Assembly: GCA_951812955.1 (NCBI GenBank)
Contig: OX638340.1
Location: 3,328,001 to 3,392,000, forward strand
Source: an uncultured Gemmatimonadota bacterium
GTDB taxonomy: Bacteria > JAAXHH01
Direction of reading: 5' to 3'
Length of the DNA stretch: 64,000 bases
Under the pieces are notes generated by a model. It saw only the letters and a program-made list of their open reading frames with translations, was not told the DNA's origin and searched no databases. The translations under genes and the position numbers were made by a program. Below, piece by piece: positions 17,987-27,961 of the stretch; position 1 is the first letter of the stretch; each line of letters opens with the position of its first letter.

Positions 17987-19417
17987 TTACTCCTGTATTT
18001 CCCCTGTTTCCGTTATCCTGCGTTCGAATCCACCGCCGAGGGCCAGATAGAGATCCACCCGGGCGTCCAGCCGTTGACGCCGCACGGCCAGGTATTGACC
18101 CTCGGAATCGAAGGCGCGCCGCTGGGCGTCCAGCATGGTAATCACGTCGCTCAGTCCGCCATGGTAACGCGACTCAGCCAGTTCGCGGGCGGCCGCGGCC
18201 TGCGTCGAGGCTTCCAGTAGCGCGGCTTCCCGCTGTTTCAGCAACCCGTCCGCCACCAGGGCGGATTCCACCTCACCGTAGGCGCGAAGGGCCTGGCCCG
18301 CGAAGTTTGCGAGGACCTGGTCCCGGCTGGCCTCGGCAAGGTCCACGCCCGCGCTCAGGCGTCCGCCCTGGAACAAGGGCTGCAGCAGGCTGGATACGAG
18401 GCTCCAGACGATGAAATCGCCATCGAGCAGGTCGGTCAGCGACGCCGTGGACGATCCTCCCGAACCGGTCAGGCGTACGGCCGGATACCGCGCTTTCTTC
18501 GCGACGCCGATACGGGCTCCGGCCGCCGCGAGTTGCCGCTCGGCCAGCATCAGGTCCGGCCGCCGCGCGATGAGATCGGCGGGCAGTCCCGCGGGTACGG
18601 CGTCGGGTACCGGGGGCAGGTCGGATGCAACCGTCAATTCAGCCGATGGATACCTGCCAAGGAGTATTTCCAGCTGGCGAACCGCGCTGTCATACTGCTG
18701 CATGCGCTGCAGGACCACCGCTTCCGCCGTGGCCACGTTGGACCGCGAAAGGCGCAGGTCGAGGGACGGCCTGAGTCCTCTCGCGTACCGGTTTTCGATC
18801 CGTTCATTCACTACCTGGAAATTGTCCCTGGTGGCCCGTGCAAGCTCCAGCTGCCTGTGGGCTTCTATGGCGGCGAACCACGCCTTAGCGGTTTGCCCGG
18901 CAACGGACGACCGGGCTCCGTACAGGTCGGCCTGCGAACCCTGCAGATCCGCCAGCGCGGCTGCTTTGTCGTCGCTCAGCCGCCCCCACAAATCGATTTC
19001 CCAGTTGATGTTGGTCGACACGCCGTAATTTGTCGTTGTCGTATTCAAAACACCGCCGTTGCCGCCGGGAATGGGAAACCCGATGAAGTTTCGGCGCGTT
19101 CTGGTACGGCTGAAGTCCAGACTCGCCTGGGGGAGCAGGGGGGCGCCGACTATCCGTGCCTGGGCCCGGGCGGCCCGCATCCGGCCAGTGACAGTCTTGA
19201 GTTCGAAATTGCGTGAAAGGGCTTCATCGATGAGGGCATCCAGCCTGGTGTCGCTGAAGCCGGTCCACCAGCCGGACCCGACCGGATCGCCGACAGGCGC
19301 CGAGGCGGTCCATCGGGCAGGGAGGTCGGTATCAAGTGTGGGATGCTGTAACTTCGGAGCCGAAGCGCAACTCAAAACCAGCGCCGCGGTCGCGAGCAAG
19401 GTACCTGCCGATCGCAA
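17987..19417 (-). CDS. Outer membrane efflux factor (TolC/NodT family lipoprotein)
   Basis: Lipoprotein signal (LVLSCAS), duplicated TolC-like helical/beta repeat structure. First gene of the three-gene efflux operon. Confidence 0.8.
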   Translation of the reverse strand: MRSAGTLLATAALVLSCASAPKLQHPTLDTDLPARWTASAPVGDPVGSGWWTGFSDTRLDALIDEALSRNFELKTVTGRMRAARAQARIVGAPLLPQASLDFSRTRTRRNFIGFPIPGGNGGVLNTTTTNYGVSTNINWEIDLWGRLSDDKAAALADLQGSQADLYGARSSVAGQTAKAWFAAIEAHRQLELARATRDNFQVVNERIENRYARGLRPSLDLRLSRSNVATAEAVVLQRMQQYDSAVRQLEILLGRYPSAELTVASDLPPVPDAVPAGLPADLIARRPDLMLAERQLAAAGARIGVAKKARYPAVRLTGSGGSSTASLTDLLDGDFIVWSLVSSLLQPLFQGGRLSAGVDLAEASRDQVLANFAGQALRAYGEVESALVADGLLKQREAALLEASTQAAAARELAESRYHGGLSDVITMLDAQRRAFDSEGQYLAVRRQRLDARVDLYLALGGGFERRITETGEIQE

Positions 19418-19670
19418 GATACACCCCTGTTTGACGGTGGAAACGGTACTCCGTACTTGCCGAACCGGACATACAGTGAACTACAAAGGGAAACTCCAGA
19501 TAACCCGGGTCTCAGTCAAGGCATTTAGTAGTTGGAACACCCGTCGGACCAAACCATGCGGATCAATTTATATATCAGTTGCAATTCGTCGGAAGATCCC
19601 TAATATGGTATGCGCTGAAACGGGATGGGGATCGATTGCGGCTGGAACCGGAAAATGAAGGCGTCGGACT

Positions 19671-20207
19671 ATGGCTGGCGGACCGCGCGAGGCGCAAGGA
19701 CCATTCGTACTCTGGCTCACCGGTCTGTCGGGATCGGGAAAGAGTACCATCGCGGACCGGATCTACACGAGACTTAAAGAAAAAGGCATCAAGGCGGAGC
19801 GGCTGGATGGCGACGAAATCCGGGCCGTTTTCCCCGACACGGGTTTCGACAGAGCGGGACGCATGGCCCATATCGCCCGCGTGGGTTATCTGGCGTCGGT
19901 CCTTGAGCGGAACGGCATCTGTACGATCGTGTCCCTCATTTCACCTTACAGGGAAGCCAGGGACGAAGTCAGGCAACGCTGCGACCGGTTCATCGAAGTG
20001 CACGTTTCCACTCCCCTGGAAGTGTGCGAGGAACGGGACGTTAAGGGACTGTACGCAAAATCGAGACGGGGCGAAATCATTGGTTTTACCGGAATAGACG
20101 ATCCCTACGAAGAACCGGTAGAGCCGGAACTGCATATCGACACCTCGCGGCTGACGGTCGCGGATGCCGAGGCGGCGGTCATGAACCACATTGCGTCCTA
20201 TCTGTAG
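19671..20207 (+). CDS. cysC: Adenylyl-sulfate (APS) kinase
   Basis: Walker A LTGLSGSGKSTIA, about 178 aa, typical APS kinase. Confidence 0.88.
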   Translation: MAGGPREAQGPFVLWLTGLSGSGKSTIADRIYTRLKEKGIKAERLDGDEIRAVFPDTGFDRAGRMAHIARVGYLASVLERNGICTIVSLISPYREARDEVRQRCDRFIEVHVSTPLEVCEERDVKGLYAKSRRGEIIGFTGIDDPYEEPVEPELHIDTSRLTVADAEAAVMNHIASYL

Positions 20208-20263
20208 ACGCATGTTTTTAAGGTGCACCGCGTTTCCGGCGAGAAGATTACTTGTGGAAGACA

Positions 20264-20323
20264 TGAAGAAAGCGCTGGGGAAAAGGCGCTAGGGAAGAAA
20301 ACGCTAAAGAAGAAGGCACTGAG
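20264..20323. repeat. Imperfect ~14-bp tandem repeat x4 (AAGRCGCTRGGG-like) in the cysC-cysD intergenic leader
   Basis: gaaagcgctgggg / aaaaggcgctaggg / aagaaaacgctaaag / aagaaggcactgag, read directly. Confidence 0.6.
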
Positions 20324-20370
20324 TTTCAAAAACTACCCGTTCATTCTGTCAGCCGGTTACTGATCCGTCC

Positions 20371-21276
20371 ATGCCCAAGTATTCCATTTCCCACCTGATG
20401 CAGCTCGAAGCCGAGAGCATCCACGTCATGCGCGAAGTCGTCGCCGAATTCGAACGCCCGGTGATGCTGTATTCGGTCGGGAAGGATTCCTCGGTCATGC
20501 TGCACCTCGCGCGCAAAGCCTTCCATCCGGAGAAACTGCCCTTCCCGCTCATGCACGTGGATACGGGGTACAAGTTCGAGGAGATGTACGACTTTCGAAG
20601 GCGCATGGCCGAGGAATACGACGCGGACCTGATCGTCTACCGCAACGAGGAAGCCATCTCCGACGGCGCCAATCCCTACGACCTGGGCACGCAGCGTTGC
20701 TGCGGCCTGTTGAAGACGCAGGCCCTGCTGGATGGGCTTCGGGCGGGACGTTTCGACGCCGCGCTGGGCGGCGCACGGCGAGAAGAGGAGAAGTCGCGAG
20801 CCAAGGAGCGGTTTTTCTCTTTCAGGGACCGTTTCGGCCAGTGGGACCCGAAAAACCAGCGGCCCGAACTGTGGAACCTGTACAACTGCCGCATCGGCCA
20901 GGAGGAGTCCATCCGGGTGTTTCCGCTCTCCAACTGGACCGAACTGGACATCTGGATGTACATTCACCGGGAAAACATCCCCGTCGTTCCCCTGTATTTT
21001 GCCAGGGAGCGCCCGGTCGTGATCCGCGGGGACCAACTGATACCCGTGGAGGGACAGGCCCGCATCCTTCCCGGCGAGACGCCGCGGTCCATGGTCTGCC
21101 GTTTCCGCACGCTGGGCTGCTCACCCTGCACGGGCGCCGTCAAGTCCACCGCATCTTCCGTCGAAGAGATCATCGAGGAAATGATGGTGGAACGCATTTC
21201 CGAACGTTCCACGCGCATCATCGATCACGACCAGGAAGGATCGATGGAACTGAAGAAGCGGGAAGGCTATTTCTAA
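20371..21276 (+). CDS. cysD: Sulfate adenylyltransferase subunit 2
   Basis: PAPS-reductase-like fold with the [10 protein letters not shown]-loop. 301 aa; directly upstream of cysN. Confidence 0.9.
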   Translation: MPKYSISHLMQLEAESIHVMREVVAEFERPVMLYSVGKDSSVMLHLARKAFHPEKLPFPLMHVDTGYKFEEMYDFRRRMAEEYDADLIVYRNEEAISDGANPYDLGTQRCCGLLKTQALLDGLRAGRFDAALGGARREEEKSRAKERFFSFRDRFGQWDPKNQRPELWNLYNCRIGQEESIRVFPLSNWTELDIWMYIHRENIPVVPLYFARERPVVIRGDQLIPVEGQARILPGETPRSMVCRFRTLGCSPCTGAVKSTASSVEEIIEEMMVERISERSTRIIDHDQEGSMELKKREGYF

Positions 21277-21323
21277 AGGCGATCCGATCGCCGGCCCCGA
21301 TCCGAACGCCGGCCCATGGTGAA

Positions 21324-23237
21324 ATGACCGACATTCAGACATTCCTCGCGCAGAACGAAGAAAAGGAATTGCTCCGCTTCAGTACGGCGGGTAGCGTGGA
21401 CGACGGCAAATCCACGCTGATCGGCCGGCTGCTGGCCGACTCGAAGAACATCTACGAGGACCACCTCGCCTCGCTCAAGAAGATGGTCCGCCAGGACGAG
21501 GCGCCCGATCTGGCCATGTTGCTGGACGGTCTCAAGGCCGAACGGGAGCAGGGCATCACCATCGACGTGGCCTACCGGTATTTTTCGACGCCACGGCGGA
21601 AGTTCATCATCGCCGACACGCCGGGCCACGAACAATACACCCGAAACATGGCGACCGGCGCGTCCAGCGCCAACCTGGCCATCGTGCTGGTCGACGCGCG
21701 ACACGGGATCCTGACGCAGACCCGGCGCCACGCTTTCATCACCTCTCTGCTGGGCATTCATCACCTCGTGGTAGCCGTGAACAAAATGGACATGGTGGAT
21801 TTCGACGAACAGATCTTCGACGACATCCGCCGGGCGTTCCTGGATTACGCCGCCAAGTTAAACGTGAGCGACATCCGCATCGTGCCGGTCAGCGCGCTCC
21901 TCGGCGACAACGTGGTGGAAAGGAGCAGCCGCACGCCATGGTATCACGGACAGACCGTGCTGGACATCCTGGAGGACGTGCAGTTCCTGACCGACCGCAA
22001 CCTGGTCGACCTGCGCTTTCCGGTGCAGTACATCATTCGACCCCGCCAGAAGGAGCGATACTACGCGGGATCGGTGTTGTCCGGCGTGGTGCGACCGGGA
22101 GACGAGGTGCTGGTTCTCCCGGGCCAGAACCGCACCCGGGTGAAGTCCGTCTCCAGCTACGACGGCGACCTGGACGAGGCCTACCCGCCCATGTCCGTTT
22201 CGCTTCAGTTGGAAGACGAAGTGGATGTAAGCCGGGGTGACATGATCGTTCATCCGAAGAACCTGCCCCACGTGGATCGGCGGTTCGAGGCGATGTTGGT
22301 CTGGATGGACGAGACCCCCATGGATCCTTCCCGTCACTACCTGATCAAGCAAACCACCCAGACCGCCCGCGCGAGCATCGACCACGTCGACTACCGCATC
22401 GACGTGGATACCCTGCACAAAGTCGGCGTTCCCCACCTTTCGCTCAATGAGATCGGCCGGGTCGCGCTGACTTCCAACCGGGCACTCTTCCACGACGCGT
22501 ACCAGAACAACCGGCTGACCGGCAGTTTCATCCTGGTGGATTATCTTTCCAACAACACCGTTGCCGCGGGCATGATCATCGATCGGCTGCCGGAAGACCG
22601 CGTGCCCATGGACGTTGACGCCGATTCCGAACCCAGGGCCTCGACTGCGCGCAGATCCAGCCTGGTGGATCCGGATCACCGTACGGAACGGTATGGGCAG
22701 AAACCGTGTACGATCTGGATCACGGGCCTGGTGGGCTCGGGAAAATCTTCCGTCACTTACGGCCTGGAGAAAGTACTGTACGAGGAAGGTTATTCGGTGG
22801 TCGTGCTGGACAGTTCGGTCGTTCGCAGCGGCCTCAGCCGCGACCTCGGCTTTTCGGCGGCGGACCAGGCGGAGAACCTCCGGCGGGTATCCGAAACCGC
22901 GCGCATGCTCAACGACACGGGACTCATCGTCCTCGCCTCTTTCATCTCTCCGAGCGAAGACGGCCGCCGCCAGGTAGCTGAACGCATTGGAACGGACCGG
23001 TACGTGGAGGTCTTCGTCGACGCGCCTATGGCCTGGTGCCGAAAGCATGACGCCACGGGGTGTTACGAGCAGTCCGACCGCGGCCTGCTGCGCAATCTCG
23101 CGGGTGTGGACTATCCCTACGAAAAGCCCCGCGATCCGGCGGTGACCGTCTCGTCTGAGACCGATCCGGTTGACCGGTCGGTCGATCGCATCGTTGCTTT
23201 GATGAAAGAAAAAGGTTACCTGCTGCCCGGGCGGTAG
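21324..23237 (+). CDS. cysN: Bifunctional sulfate adenylyltransferase subunit 1 / APS kinase (CysN-CysC fusion)
   Basis: GTPase motifs [18 protein letters not shown] in the N-terminal two-thirds. The C-terminal ~200 aa has a second APS-kinase Walker A ([11 protein letters not shown]). Start taken at ATG 21324 (MTDIQTF); the ORF-track extension back to 20697 overlaps cysD and was rejected. Confidence 0.88.
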   Translation: MTDIQTFLAQNEEKELLRFSTAGSVDDGKSTLIGRLLADSKNIYEDHLASLKKMVRQDEAPDLAMLLDGLKAEREQGITIDVAYRYFSTPRRKFIIADTPGHEQYTRNMATGASSANLAIVLVDARHGILTQTRRHAFITSLLGIHHLVVAVNKMDMVDFDEQIFDDIRRAFLDYAAKLNVSDIRIVPVSALLGDNVVERSSRTPWYHGQTVLDILEDVQFLTDRNLVDLRFPVQYIIRPRQKERYYAGSVLSGVVRPGDEVLVLPGQNRTRVKSVSSYDGDLDEAYPPMSVSLQLEDEVDVSRGDMIVHPKNLPHVDRRFEAMLVWMDETPMDPSRHYLIKQTTQTARASIDHVDYRIDVDTLHKVGVPHLSLNEIGRVALTSNRALFHDAYQNNRLTGSFILVDYLSNNTVAAGMIIDRLPEDRVPMDVDADSEPRASTARRSSLVDPDHRTERYGQKPCTIWITGLVGSGKSSVTYGLEKVLYEEGYSVVVLDSSVVRSGLSRDLGFSAADQAENLRRVSETARMLNDTGLIVLASFISPSEDGRRQVAERIGTDRYVEVFVDAPMAWCRKHDATGCYEQSDRGLLRNLAGVDYPYEKPRDPAVTVSSETDPVDRSVDRIVALMKEKGYLLPGR

Positions 23238-23362
23238 TGCCTGGACCCAGTCCCCCGCCTACCCTTGTCAGACCTCGAATCCCGATCTTAGGCCGCGCTC
23301 CTGACCTCAGGCCGTGCGCCTGAAACCGTCAGGAGTCGCCCGCCTGCCGGCAGAAGTCTCCG

Positions 23363-24781
23363 TCACCACCCCGCCAGTCCCATGATCCAGTAGGCCGTCT
23401 GGGCGACGATGAAGAGCAGGATGAAGGCGATGGCCAGAGGCATAAGACCGCTGACGACGGTCCACTTCACGCTCTTGGTTTCGCGGTAGACCGTCCACAT
23501 GGTCGTGGAACACGGATTGTGCAACAGGGAAAAGAGCATGAGGCAGACGGCGGTGAGGAGCGTCCATCCCTCCTGGACCACCAGGAGTTGCCGCAGTTCC
23601 GCCATCGTATCCAGTTCAATCATCATCCCGGCGCCCGTATAGGCCATGATGATGGTCGGGACCACGATTTCGTTGGCCGGGATGGCGATGATGTAGGCCA
23701 GCAGGATCACGCCGTCCAGACCGATGGCCCGTCCCACGGGTTCCAGCCACTGTGAAACCCACACCGTCAGGCTCTGACCCCCGGCGTAAATGTTACTCAG
23801 CAGCCAGATCGCGCCGCCCGCCGGCACGGCCATGACCACCGCGCGCCAGAGGACGAATATCGTCCGGTCTATGAGCGAGGTGTACAGCACGCGAAGAATA
23901 CTGGGACGCCGGTAGGGCGGAAGTTCCAGCGTGAAACTGCTGGCTTCGCCCCGCAGGAAGGACCGGGACAGGATGGCCGACACTAGCAGGGTCGTCGCGG
24001 CGCCGATCAGGACGATCAGAACCAGGGACCCGGCCGCGGCCATGGCCGCGAAGGCCGGCGGGAAGGCAGCCGCCACGAAGAGGGTGGCCAGTATGATCAG
24101 CGTGGGCCACCTGCCGTTGCAGGGCATGAAATTATTGGTGAGGATGGCGATCAGCCGCTCACGGGGCGAATCGATGACCCGGCAGGCCACGACCCCGGCC
24201 GCGTTGCAACCCAGGCCCATACTCATGGTGAGGGCCTGCTTGCCGTGGGCGCCGGCTTTCTTGAACAGCGCGTCGACGTTGAACGCCACGCGGGGAAGGT
24301 ACCCCAGGTCCTCCAGTATGGTGAAAATGGGGAAGAATATGGCCATGGGAGGAAGCATAACGGCGATCACCCAGGCCAGTCCCCTGTAGACGCCGTGCCA
24401 GATGAACCCGGTGACCCACCAGGGCATGCCCAGGGCTTCGAACAATGCGACGCCCTGCGCGCCCAGCCAGAAAAGCCCTTCGGCCAGCATGGCGGAGGGC
24501 ACGTTCGCCCCCGAAATCGTGATCCAGAAGACGACGGCCAGGAGCAGGGCCATGAAGGGCAGTCCCCAGATCCTCGAGGTAACGATGCGGTCCAGCTTCT
24601 GGTCCCAGGGATAAGAAGCCGTTTCGCCGGTTTGAACCACCTTCCGGGTGATGGCCTCGGCGTCCTGGTAGATGGCCTCCACGATTTCGTCGCGATACGA
24701 TCCGTCCAGGTCCCTCTGCATTTCTTCCACCCGGCCCAGGATGTCCTCGCCGGTGGAAGGTGTTGCCGTCGTTTTGCTCAT
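23363..24781 (-). CDS. feoB: Ferrous iron transporter FeoB, membrane (permease) portion - a split feoB
   Basis: Polytopic membrane protein with FeoB gate-region motifs. It starts with ATG overlapping the TGA of the upstream G-domain gene (ATGA), so the split is genuine rather than a frameshift. Confidence 0.8.
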   Translation of the reverse strand: MSKTTATPSTGEDILGRVEEMQRDLDGSYRDEIVEAIYQDAEAITRKVVQTGETASYPWDQKLDRIVTSRIWGLPFMALLLAVVFWITISGANVPSAMLAEGLFWLGAQGVALFEALGMPWWVTGFIWHGVYRGLAWVIAVMLPPMAIFFPIFTILEDLGYLPRVAFNVDALFKKAGAHGKQALTMSMGLGCNAAGVVACRVIDSPRERLIAILTNNFMPCNGRWPTLIILATLFVAAAFPPAFAAMAAAGSLVLIVLIGAATTLLVSAILSRSFLRGEASSFTLELPPYRRPSILRVLYTSLIDRTIFVLWRAVVMAVPAGGAIWLLSNIYAGGQSLTVWVSQWLEPVGRAIGLDGVILLAYIIAIPANEIVVPTIIMAYTGAGMMIELDTMAELRQLLVVQEGWTLLTAVCLMLFSLLHNPCSTTMWTVYRETKSVKWTVVSGLMPLAIAFILLFIVAQTAYWIMGLAGW

Positions 24782-25587
24782 GTCGTTTGATCCCCGGCGG
24801 GTAGTTCCGCCTGGACGCCCATCCGGCTGAATTCGCCCTGTTCAAGAGCCTGGCGCACCCGGTAGTCGCCGTCGAGCAGCCTGAAGGCGATCCAGCGGGG
24901 GTTCGGAAGGTCAGGGTAGGATGCGTGCAGCATGCCCGTGATCGTATCCACGGTCCGGTCTAGTTCGTCGTTGCCCGTTATGCGCCGGGGCGCGTTCTTG
25001 ATCGTACCCTGGATCACGTCGGCGACGGTGCGCATCAACAGGCCCAGCCCCTCCTTCTTCCTGGCCGAAACCGGCACGACCGGCACGCCCAGTTCCCGTG
25101 ACAGGGCGCGGTGATCCACTGAGATCCCCTTGCGTTCGGCTTCGTCCATCAGATTCAGGCAGACTACCGTTTTTTCCGTGATCTCCAGCACCTGGAGCAC
25201 CAGGTTGAGATTGCGCTCGAGCATGGTGGCATCGACGACGGCCAACGTGCAGTCAGGCCTGCCGAAGAGGATGAAGTCCCTGGCGATCTCCTCGTCGATG
25301 GACGCCGAGAGCAGGGAGTAGGTCCCGGGCAGGTCGATCATCTTGAACCTTCTGCCGTTGAACTCGAATCCTCCCTCGGCCCGGTTCACCGTCTTTCCGG
25401 GCCAGTTCCCCGTATGCTGCTTCAGTCCGGTCAACGCGTTGAAGACCGTGCTCTTGCCCACGTTCGGGTTCCCTGCCAGGGCGATGACATAGTCCCACCG
25501 GTCCAGCGTAATACCCATCTGTACCAGGTTCTCCTGCAGCGCGCACGACGCGCAGTCGTGTCCGGGCGGTGCGGAATCGATGCTCAT
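24778..25587 (-). CDS. feoB: Ferrous iron transporter FeoB, N-terminal GTPase (G-domain + GDI-like) portion
   Basis: G1 GNPNVGKST, G3 DLPG, G4 NLMD; about 269 aa. Confidence 0.85.
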   Translation of the reverse strand: MSIDSAPPGHDCASCALQENLVQMGITLDRWDYVIALAGNPNVGKSTVFNALTGLKQHTGNWPGKTVNRAEGGFEFNGRRFKMIDLPGTYSLLSASIDEEIARDFILFGRPDCTLAVVDATMLERNLNLVLQVLEITEKTVVCLNLMDEAERKGISVDHRALSRELGVPVVPVSARKKEGLGLLMRTVADVIQGTIKNAPRRITGNDELDRTVDTITGMLHASYPDLPNPRWIAFRLLDGDYRVRQALEQGEFSRMGVQAELPAGDQTT

Positions 25588-26600
25588 ACGGTGATCTCCC
25601 GTTCCTGCCGCGTTCCTTGGTCAATTAAGATCAGGTCGGACTGTTCCCGGCGCAGCGCGATCATCGTACCGCGCACCCGGTAAGCCGTGGGATCGCTGAA
25701 GGCGCTTTGCATGACGCGCTCGACACGGACGCCGGGCGTGAGGCCCAGGTCCAGGAACCTTCGGCGGGTCAAGCCCTGGCAGGCCGGTGACAGCGCGACG
25801 ACCCGGCCCTGCTCGCCGTGTTTCAGCGCCGTGAGCGGCACGCCTGACGGTTCGACCCGGTCAATGGGCGCCTCCCGCACGGATATGTTTGCCGCGACGA
25901 CCGGAGCCAGCACGTGCTCGTTTTCCGGTGTGCCTATGACCACCCGTACGGATGAGATGTCCAGGATCGTGATCACCATGCCGGGATGGAGATCCTCGGC
26001 GATGATCTGGGCGTACACTTCCGGTGGTTCGTCCTCGATATGCACGATCTGCGCCGGAACGCCCGCCGGCCATTCGACGAGTTTCTGGCTCTTGATCTCC
26101 TTCATGTCGCCCGCGGCGTTCGGGATCGGATCTCCCTGGGGATCGAAGGCGGGGTGGCCCATGTCGGCGTCCATCTTGTCGACCTGCGCCTCGCTCACCG
26201 TGTGTTCCAACTGGTGGGCATGGGCATGTATTTTCTCCCGGGGCACGGAGGTCTCGTCGGCCAGGTACCGCTCGAACAGGCGATGCGCCCTGACGATCTG
26301 GAGCGCCCAGCGATGGCCGGCGGCCGTGAGGCGCATCCCCTGGCCCGTCACGGCTACCAGATCCATCTGCGCCATTCGGTCGACCAGGATCAGCGTGTGA
26401 CCGGTCGAAGTGCCCAGGGTATTGGAAAGGGATTCCACGGACGCCGGCCGTCCGTCGTGCTGGAACTGGTGCAGATGGGCCAGGGCGTCCTCGACGGCCT
26501 GGCGGGATTGCACCCACCTCCTGCGCCGGTAGCGCCAGTACAGTCCGTATTGGGGCAGGAAGAGCACCCCGAGGGCAATCAGCACGATGATACCGGTCAT
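25584..26600 (-). CDS. DtxR/MntR-family metalloregulator paralog with an N-terminal transmembrane helix and two C-terminal FeoA/SH3-like domains
   Basis: Starts with a hydrophobic helix (MTGIIVLIALGVLFLPQYGLYW RYRRRRW). A winged-helix/DtxR-like region follows (LILVDRMAQMDLV...RLTAAGHRWALQIVRAHRLFERYL), with metal-site residues in HAHAHQLEH. Two FeoA-like segments follow (...VITILDISSVRVV... and ...GEQGRVVAL...LGLTPGVRVERV...). Overlapping stop/start (ATGA) with the flanking genes. Confidence 0.6.
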   Translation of the reverse strand: MTGIIVLIALGVLFLPQYGLYWRYRRRRWVQSRQAVEDALAHLHQFQHDGRPASVESLSNTLGTSTGHTLILVDRMAQMDLVAVTGQGMRLTAAGHRWALQIVRAHRLFERYLADETSVPREKIHAHAHQLEHTVSEAQVDKMDADMGHPAFDPQGDPIPNAAGDMKEIKSQKLVEWPAGVPAQIVHIEDEPPEVYAQIIAEDLHPGMVITILDISSVRVVIGTPENEHVLAPVVAANISVREAPIDRVEPSGVPLTALKHGEQGRVVALSPACQGLTRRRFLDLGLTPGVRVERVMQSAFSDPTAYRVRGTMIALRREQSDLILIDQGTRQEREITV

Positions 26601-27334
26601 GAACCTGCCCGCCCATCGTTTTTCGTTTCCTCGGCCGGTACGCTTTCGACCAGGACGCTGCGGGCGACCTGGTGCCCGACGTGTTGTTCCTCACCGCCAA
26701 CACGCAGAAACATGGGTCCATCGAAGGGCTCTTTGCTCAGTACTTCCACGACGTTTTCCGGCCGGAGGCCGAGTTTCGCAAGATAACGGAGCAGGGCCGG
26801 ATCCGTGTCTTTCACGCGGCGAACAATCACAGTGCGACCGGGTTCCATGTCGGACAGCCTGTCGTGGTTGGTACTGGCAATGGATAGATCTTTCGCCGGT
26901 ATGGGCGAGCCGTGAGGGTCCGTGGTCGGGTGCCCCAGCATGGCATCGATCTTGTCCTCGAATTCTTCGGAGATCACGTGTTCGAGACGCTCCGCTTCCG
27001 CGTCCACCTGGTCCCACGTAAATCCAAGCGCTTCAGCCATGTACACCTCCAGCAACCGGTGATGGCGAATGATCTCGAGCGCGATCTTTCTTCCGGCGTC
27101 GGTCAGCCTGATCGCCTGGTAGGGCCGGTGTTCGACCAGGCCCGACTCCGACAGCCTCTTCATCATGTTGGTGACGGAGGCGGCCGATACGCCCATCCGG
27201 TCCGCTATGGCATTGGTCGACGCGGCTACTGCGTTCTCCTGCAACTTGTAGATGGCCTTCAGGTAATCTTCCGTGGCGGGCGTGGGCATGAGTATATCCG
27301 AAAACCGGTCTCGACTTTGCATGGAGTGTGCCAT
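26597..27334 (-). CDS. DtxR/IdeR-family iron/manganese-dependent transcriptional repressor with a C-terminal FeoA/SH3-like domain
   Basis: EDYLKAIYKL, the HTH region (IADRMGVSAASVTNMMKRL) and the dimerisation/metal-site region (RHHRLLEVYM...DAEAERLEHV) match DtxR/IdeR. The real start may be the internal Met (MPTPATEDYLK, about 27289). Confidence 0.8.
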   Translation of the reverse strand: MAHSMQSRDRFSDILMPTPATEDYLKAIYKLQENAVAASTNAIADRMGVSAASVTNMMKRLSESGLVEHRPYQAIRLTDAGRKIALEIIRHHRLLEVYMAEALGFTWDQVDAEAERLEHVISEEFEDKIDAMLGHPTTDPHGSPIPAKDLSIASTNHDRLSDMEPGRTVIVRRVKDTDPALLRYLAKLGLRPENVVEVLSKEPFDGPMFLRVGGEEQHVGHQVARSVLVESVPAEETKNDGRAGS

Positions 27335-27341
27335 CGATTTT

Positions 27342-27360
27342 TTAGTTGAGACTAAATATA
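27342..27360. promoter_or_regulatory. Candidate DtxR/IdeR-type operator (AT-rich imperfect palindrome TTAGTTGAGACTAAATATA) upstream of the dtxR-feoB operon
   Basis: Lies in the AT-rich region 27335-27500, just upstream of the first gene of the minus-strand operon. About 11/19 match to TTAGGTTAGCCTAACCTAA; the half-sites TTAGT and ACTAA are inverted. Confidence 0.3.
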
Positions 27361-27546
27361 TAGTTAAATAATATATGTGTCAATAATTAGATTTGAAAAA
27401 AGTCTAAGCCGGTCCGGTCGGCGCATGGCAAATCCATCCGCGGAACATGCGTCGAGCCGAAACAATACCCTTGTTTCAGGTGGAATACCGCCCTTATATT
27501 CGGATTGCCGAAGCGCAATAAACCGATTTTATGCGACCCTGGAGCC

Positions 27547-27933
27547 ATGATGGCCGGCCATATCGTCCTCGTCGTGGTGGACGACCTGTTTTTCTCTTCG
27601 AAGATCGGTGAGACCATACGTCAACTGGGCGGCGAACCACGTTTCGCGGCGGAAGCGGGCGAGATCCCGGATGATCCCGAATGCGGTCCGCCGTCCGCGA
27701 TCATCGTGGACCTCGATCTCACGCGGACCGACGCCGTGGACCTGGTATCTCTCCTGAAAGACCGTGAAGCGACCAGGGATATACCGATGATGGCGTACGG
27801 CCGGCATACGCGGCCCGAAGCCTTCGTGCGCGCCCGGGAGGCGGGCTGCGAACGGGCCGTGCCGAGGTCGGAGTTCGTAAAGAGGCTGCCGGAATTCATC
27901 GAATCCTGTTGGCGGCATGGCCGCGACGCATGA
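27547..27933 (+). CDS. Single-domain response regulator receiver (CheY-like) protein, possibly atypical
   Basis: The VLVVVDD acidic pocket and the IIVDLDL phospho-acceptor region are present, but the conserved Lys is not obvious. Start assumed at MMAGH. Confidence 0.55.
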   Translation: MMAGHIVLVVVDDLFFSSKIGETIRQLGGEPRFAAEAGEIPDDPECGPPSAIIVDLDLTRTDAVDLVSLLKDREATRDIPMMAYGRHTRPEAFVRAREAGCERAVPRSEFVKRLPEFIESCWRHGRDA

Positions 27934-27961
27934 AGAACGAGCGCCGGTACGGAAACCAGAT

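Noticed and set aside
14796-18220. Several long plus-strand ORFs (282, 385, 405 aa) antisense to the RND, adaptor and outer-membrane efflux genes
   Set aside because: Low-complexity antisense frames. The efflux genes on the minus strand are unambiguous.
20697-21323. 5' extension of the cysN ORF-track entry (846 aa) overlapping cysD
   Set aside because: The extension is Arg/Gly-rich nonsense and overlaps the cysD coding frame. The CysN GTPase domain begins at MTDIQTF (21324).
24778-24781. Possibility that the split feoB is a frameshifted pseudogene
   Set aside because: The two ORFs meet at a clean ATGA stop/start overlap, with the same coupling pattern as the two upstream DtxR genes. This is consistent with a genuine split gene rather than an indel, although only resequencing can fully exclude an error.
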